A stretch of DNA of 64,000 bases from Terriglobia bacterium (GTDB lineage: Bacteria; Acidobacteriota; Terriglobia; 2-12-FULL-54-10). The DNA lies in assembly GCA_963666975.2 (NCBI GenBank), contig CAXVYR010000002.1, forward strand, positions 288,001 to 352,000. The letters run 5' to 3'. Of the stretch, positions 59,336 through 64,000 are shown piece by piece (position 1 is the first letter of the stretch; every line of letters starts with the position of its first letter). Below the pieces are notes generated by a model. The model was not told the DNA's origin and did no database searches. It worked only from the letters and a program-made list of their open reading frames with translations. Both the position numbers and the translations under genes were made by a program.

Positions 59336-60400
59336 GTGAAACCACTCGAAGCTAAGAAAGTCCTTTCGACACTCGAAGAAATCTTGGAATGGTGCCGGAG
59401 CAAGGCACGCATGCGGGTCCCAGGCGAAGGGGGAGAGAGGGCCTTTCGGGGTCGACTTAAGGAAGCACTCCTGGAAAAGGTTTTCGGTTGGCCTCCGGAA
59501 TTCATGTCACTGGGCGAAAAGTTTGACATCTTGCTTTTCGATCCAGCAGGTCAGCCCGTTGTAACCATAGAAACAAAGGAACCGGGACACATCACAACCG
59601 GAGCGGAATACAAGACATTCCTCGCCCGGCTAAAACACTACCCTAGTTTGCGGCAAGCGTATTTGACGAATGGCTCTTATTGGGAGCGCTATGAGATCGA
59701 TGCTGCGCTCATGGATGAGGAAGAAATCACTCCAGAGCACTTTGAAGAGATCGATCCGGGGGGGGACTCCCACTCTCTTTGAGGATTTTGGGGCCAGACA
59801 CAATGTCGGGAAACATGAGGAGTTGGCCCTCAACAATGCCTCTGCATCGCGAGTCGAAGAGTTCTTTACGCCGCTTGCACCTACGCTCTACCTAGACCTC
59901 AGCCGTCCAATTATACTTGCTGGTCACCGGCATAAGCTAAGTCAAGAGAATCCGCATCTGATTGAAGCGTTTAGCGAAGAGTTGCGAGATCAGATTGCCG
60001 AATTCCGCCATCTCTTCTTCAATATATTCAATCACTTCCGGATAGGCGAGGTGGGGTCAGCATTATATTCAATTCACTTCCGGATAGGCGAGGTGGGGTC
60101 AGACGTAGGAACCGTGTGCCGAGCGCCATTCCAACTGTGGTGTGAGCGCAGCTACATCGCTCACCCTGAATCCCTTCACAAGCGCGTAGAAAGGGAGTTC
60201 TCTACAGAAAACGTCTCTGCTAGCCAACTCCTGAGGCTTTTTACTAACGATTTCGGCTTTCCGAGCGAATCTGCAGTAGCAGTAGCCGAATCGCTCTATG
60301 CCGAATATAGAAAAAAAAGGTCTGCCCCAGAAAAGCGTAAAGAACTTCTCTGGCCCCTCTATGAACAGACCATCCTTAACTATGCAACGCAGACTGCACA
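59336..60400 (+). pseudogene. HsdR_N-like restriction-modification gene, frameshifted and truncated
   Basis: FDILL....VVTIETK...AYLTNG..W is typical of HsdR_N/type IIG endonuclease domains; +1 frameshift at the G8 run (59758-59765); cut off by an IS end near 60402. Confidence 0.6.
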
Positions 60401-60401
60401 C

Positions 60402-60510
60402 TGTGCCCCGTCAGGGCTTGTTGGACAGGTAGAGGGTAATAGTTAAGGTGATGTTTTTGGCTCATCGTAGAGACTGAAAGGAACGAAGATGAGACAAAAA
60501 CAAGACGACA
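60402..60510 (+). mobile_element. IS left-end remnant (IS3-like)
   Basis: TGTGCCCCGTCAGGG...TTGGACA followed by an RBS and a few codons (MRQKQD); marks the junction between two truncated genes. Confidence 0.4.
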
Positions 60511-61731
60511 GGGGGGCGCTCAACGAAGCGCTGGCCAAGGCCGGCGACCAGGAAAAAGACGTGAAGTACGTGGCGACAACCGGTATGGGCAGATACAACG
60601 TGCCCTTCCGGAACCTCCAGATCACCGAAATCACCTGCGCGGCCCGGGGAGCTGCTTTTCTATTTCCCAACAGCAAATGCGTCCTGGACGTGGGCGCGCA
60701 AAGCACTCGCGCCATCAAGCTGCGCGAAAATGGCAGGGTGAAGGAGTTCAAATCCAATGACAAGTGCGCCGCCGGTTCCGGGGGATTCCTGGAGCGGGCC
60801 GCCGTCTATCTGGAGATTCCCGTGGAGAAGCTGGGCTCGCTTTCGCTCGGGGCCAAAAACCCGCAGAACATCAGCAGCGTCTGCGCCGTGCTGGCCGAGT
60901 CGGAGATCATCAACCACGTCAGCTCGGGCGCGATAGAAGCTCGCTGGGACTTGATCCTTCCGGAACCTCCAGATCACCGAAAGTCGGCTCACCAAGGCGC
61001 GGCCCGTTGCCGGGAGCTGCTTTTCTATTTCCCTCAGCAAATGCGTCCTCCAAACGGACGTGGGCGCGCAAAGCACTCGCGCCATCAAGCTGCAGGGGGG
61101 CGAAAATGGCAGGGTGAACGTGCCCTTCCGGAACCTCCAGATCACCGAAATCACCTGCGCGGCCCGGGGAGCTGCTTTTCTATTTCCCAACAGCAAATGC
61201 GTCCTGGACGTGGGCGCGCAAAGCACTCGCGCCATCAAGCTGCGCGAAAATGGCAGGGTGAAGGAGTTCAAATCCAATGACAAGTCCGGTTCCGGGGGAT
61301 TCCTGGAGCGGGCCGCCGTCTATCTGGAGATTCCCGTGGAGAAGCTGGGCTCGCTTTCGCTCGGGGCCAAAAACCCGCAGAACATCAGCAGCGTCTGCGC
61401 CGTGCTGGCCGAGTCGGAGATCATCAACCACGTCAGCTCGGGCCAGACGATAGAAAACATTATTCTCGGGGTCCACAACTCTTTGGCCAGCCGCTCCAAG
61501 GGCCTGCTCGCACGGGTCGGCCTGGACGGCGAGGTCACCTTTGTCGGCGGGGTAGCCCGCCAGAGCGGCATGGTAGAGGCTTTGAAAGAAGCCATCGGGC
61601 AGAAGGTCAACGTCAGCGACGACCCCGACTTGGTGGGCGCGATCGGGGCCGCGTTGCTCGCGCTGCAACGGTACCAGAAGCTGCAAAGCTCACCCGCCGA
61701 ACCGCCGGGCGAGCGCGCTGCGCGGAATTAA
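60511..61731 (+). pseudogene. BadF/BcrA-BcrD-type ATPase (acyl-CoA reductase/dehydratase activase), 5'-truncated with internal repeats
   Basis: ATTGMGR, TEITC.ARGA, LDVGAQ..RAI, NDKCAAGSG.FLE, ISSVCAVLAESE, FVGGVA and GAIGAAL; the segment at about 60597-60930 recurs at about 60957-61095 (noisy) and 61117-61443. Confidence 0.75.
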
Positions 61732-61767
61732 CGGGGATTTTTTCCTGGCGGGAGAAGAATTGATTCA

Positions 61768-62793
61768 ATGAAAGCAGCAGTTTTTCACGCCGGTCATGAA
61801 CCGCTCCACCTGGAGGAAATTCCCCGCCCCGAGCCGGGCCCGGGCGAGAATGTGATGAAGGTCGCCGCCTGCGGCGTGTGTCACTCCGACCTGCACTACA
61901 TTGATCACGATGTCAAAACATTCAAAAAGCCGCCGCTGGTGCTGGGCCACGAGGCTTCCGGACATGTTGCGGCCGTGGGCCAGGGAGTGACCTCCCCCAA
62001 GGAAGGGGACGCCATCCTGCTTCCGGCCACCTTTTCTTGCGGCTCGTGCTTTTATTGCCGCACGGGAAGGGAAAACATCTGCGCCAATCTGCGCATGTTC
62101 GGCAACGACGTGGGCGGCAGTTTTGCCGAATACGTCGCAGCCCCCGCGCGGGACACGATCCCTGTGCCGAAGGAGGTTCCGCTGGAGAACGCCTCGATCA
62201 TCGCCGACGCCATCTCCACGCCCTATTACGCCGTCAAGCATCGCGCCGCCGTCAAGTCCGGCGACACGGTCGTCGTGGTCGGCTGCGGCGGCATGGGGAT
62301 CAACGCCGTGCAGTCGGCGGCGGCCTCCGGCGCACGTGTCATCGCCGTGGACACGAGCCCTGACCGGCTCCATGTGGCCAAGCGCCTGGGCGCGGCGGCC
62401 ACGCTGAATCCGTCCGAGCATGAAAAACCTTCCAAGGTCCTCCGACAGATGTCCGGCGGCGGTGCAGACATCGCCATCGAGGCCATCGGCAAGCCGCAGA
62501 CTATCCGTCTGGCTTTTGACTCCCTCCGCAAGGCGGGAAGGCTCTGCATCCTCGGGTATTGCTCCGAGGAGATCATGCTTCCGGCCTCGCGCATCATGTA
62601 TTACGAGATGGAGGTCGTGGGGAGCCTGGGATGCCGCCCTGTCGATTTTCCGCCGTTGCTGGAGTTGGTGCGGCTGGGAAAAATTCAGCTCGAACCCATC
62701 GTCACCAACAAGCTTCCGTTGAGCGAGATCAACAAAGCGCTCGACTACACCCGCCAGGGCGTGGGTTTGCGGACGCTGGTCTTGCCAGGTTGA
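61768..62793 (+). CDS. Zn-dependent alcohol dehydrogenase, Had/BzdX-like (6-hydroxycyclohex-1-ene-1-carbonyl-CoA dehydrogenase-like)
   Basis: CGVCHSDLHY, GHE, CGSCFYC...C, MFGNDVGG.FA, IADAISTPY and GSLGC; adjacent to a BadF-type gene. Confidence 0.8.
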   Translation: MKAAVFHAGHEPLHLEEIPRPEPGPGENVMKVAACGVCHSDLHYIDHDVKTFKKPPLVLGHEASGHVAAVGQGVTSPKEGDAILLPATFSCGSCFYCRTGRENICANLRMFGNDVGGSFAEYVAAPARDTIPVPKEVPLENASIIADAISTPYYAVKHRAAVKSGDTVVVVGCGGMGINAVQSAAASGARVIAVDTSPDRLHVAKRLGAAATLNPSEHEKPSKVLRQMSGGGADIAIEAIGKPQTIRLAFDSLRKAGRLCILGYCSEEIMLPASRIMYYEMEVVGSLGCRPVDFPPLLELVRLGKIQLEPIVTNKLPLSEINKALDYTRQGVGLRTLVLPG

Positions 62794-62833
62794 AGTGTTG
62801 CCAGGTTAAGCCCCCGGCCAGTGAAATCTCTGT

Positions 62834-62976
62834 AGAGCGTGTGTGAAAACTTCGGCGAAGGCAAAGCAATCCGAGCCGCGCGCGTAAGCAAGCGGACCCT
62901 CAGCCTTCGACAGCTTGCCCAGGTTTTGGAGACGTTCCCTGACGGTTGCGGCTCTGATGGTTTTCACACAAACTCT
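62834..62976. repeat. REPIN-like element
   Basis: IRs AGAGCGTGTGTGAAAAC...GTTTTCACACAAACTCT enclose the inverted REPs CCGAGCCGCGCGCGTAAGCAAGCGG and TCCCTGACGGTTGCGGCTCTG. Confidence 0.7.
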
Positions 62977-63068
62977 GTAGGCCTTCCTTTGTGGGCGGCA
63001 TACAGGCTTGTTTATTTCAAACACGGATGAGTCTAAAATAGGTGAGACTGAAGCAGAGCAGAGGAGTT

Positions 63069-63287
63069 ATGCAGTATACGGTCATTTTAGAGCAGGAGCC
63101 TGATGGCGGCTATGTCGCAAACATCCCTGCTCTCCCTGGCTGCGTGTCGCAAGGCGATACTCGCGAGGAAGTTATGGCGAATATCCACGAGGCCGCAGAA
63201 GCCTACATTGAAGATTGCATCCAGGCTGGCGACCCAGTTCCCACCGAAGCCGGCAAGGAATACATCGAACTCGAAACCGGCGCCTGA
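63069..63287 (+). CDS. hicB: HicB-family antitoxin
   Basis: YTVILEQE.DGGY.A.IPALPGC.SQGDTREE...NI.EA. Confidence 0.9.
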   Translation: MQYTVILEQEPDGGYVANIPALPGCVSQGDTREEVMANIHEAAEAYIEDCIQAGDPVPTEAGKEYIELETGA

Positions 63288-63511
63288 TGGCAAAACTACC
63301 CGCCGACCTCTCCGGGCAGCGAGTCGGAAAAGCTCTCGAACGCGCAGGATTCGTTTATACCCGGCAGCGAGGAAGTCACATGGTTTTCCGGCGCGCGGAA
63401 CCCTTCGCGCGAACTGTTGTCCCCGACCACAAGAAGTTGCGCCCAGGAACTCTCCGCCATATTCTCAAGCAGGCGGGTCTGACCGTTGAAGAGCTAATCG
63501 AGCTTCTCTAA
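63287..63511 (+). CDS. hicA: HicA-family toxin
   Basis: LE.AGF...RQRGSH......VVPDH..L..GTL..IL; TGATG coupling to hicB. Confidence 0.9.
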   Translation: MAKLPADLSGQRVGKALERAGFVYTRQRGSHMVFRRAEPFARTVVPDHKKLRPGTLRHILKQAGLTVEELIELL

Positions 63512-63530
63512 CACATACTGAGGCCGCCGG

Positions 63531-64000
63531 TTACATCGCCTCCGGCACTTCAATACCCAGCAGGTCGAGCGTCGCCGTCAGGCGGCTGTCCACCATCCGA
63601 ACCAGCCACAGCAGGAACGCCTTTCGCTCTTTGTCTTGCTCGGTCAAGATGTGAAAGCGGTGGTAGAAGTTGTTGAAGCCTTGCGCCAGTTGAAAGGCGA
63701 ACTTGGCCACCGCCGCCGGCTCGGTGGTGGCGATCGCCATCTCGGCGGCGGCCTCCCACTGGCTGGCCTGCAGCAGCAGTTGCCAGCAGGGGTCGCCCTC
63801 GGGCGGTGAGAGAAAACGCTCCAGCACGGCGGGTGTGACCACGGCCGGATCGTAACTGCCGCCTGCGGCCTCGAGCTTGCGAAAGATGTTGCGGGCGCGC
63901 ACCACCGCGTACTGCACGTAAGGACCGGTCTCTCCCTCGAAGCTCAGCGCCTCCCGAAAATCAAAAGCGATCACCGCATTGCATGTGTACTTCAGCAAGA
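63531..64000 (-). CDS. argS: Arginine--tRNA ligase, 3' end (DALR anticodon-binding domain)
   Basis: FDF..ALSFEGETGPYVQYA.VR...FNNFYH...LDLLGI..PEAM. Confidence 0.92.
   Translation of the reverse strand, partial: LLKYTCNAVIAFDFREALSFEGETGPYVQYAVVRARNIFRKLEAAGGSYDPAVVTPAVLERFLSPPEGDPCWQLLLQASQWEAAAEMAIATTEPAAVAKFAFQLAQGFNNFYHRFHILTEQDKERKAFLLWLVRMVDSRLTATLDLLGIEVPEAM

Noticed and set aside
60022-60101. ~40-bp tandem repeat, considered as CRISPR-like
   Set aside because: Only two adjacent copies, no spacer, inside a coding region, and no cas genes.
60597-61443. Triplicated segment of the BadF-type gene
   Set aside because: The middle copy is full of single-base indels, typical of an unpolished noisy read.

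Overview
Bacterial DNA of about 58% GC. Oar-type TonB-dependent receptors (TBDRs), a DUF1592/DUF1552/ankyrin triad and the REP style point to an Acidobacteriota-like genome (inference). Most of the window (about 1-56.4 kb) looks like an eroded, IS-rich accessory region ending at a broken tyrosine integrase beside tRNA-Asn(GTT). From left to right it holds: (1) a TBDR N-terminus with an IS1016-type element just upstream of its start; (2) a putative N-heterocycle/aromatic catabolic cluster (LLM monooxygenase, cyclic amidohydrolase, CoxG-M-S-L-type Mo-hydroxylase, C45 Ntn-hydrolase, MFS, UbiD); (3) a PQQ/heme c dehydrogenase; (4) the standout feature, a TBDR followed by SEVEN tandem, signal-peptide-bearing paralogs of an atypical Amidohydro_3 (YtcJ-like) family, with an eighth 8 kb away; (5) prpE and a DUF1592-DUF1552-ankyrin operon; (6) an integrase split into two oppositely oriented halves that rejoin in frame at a CTAG. 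Right of the tRNA lie a PAS/sigma-54 activator, a D-hydroxyacid dehydrogenase, an HsdR_N-like pseudogene, a BadF-type activase remnant with a Had-like dehydrogenase, hicBA and the 3' end of argS. Several noisy tandem duplications look like long-read assembly artefacts. All product calls come from motif recognition by eye; no searches were run.
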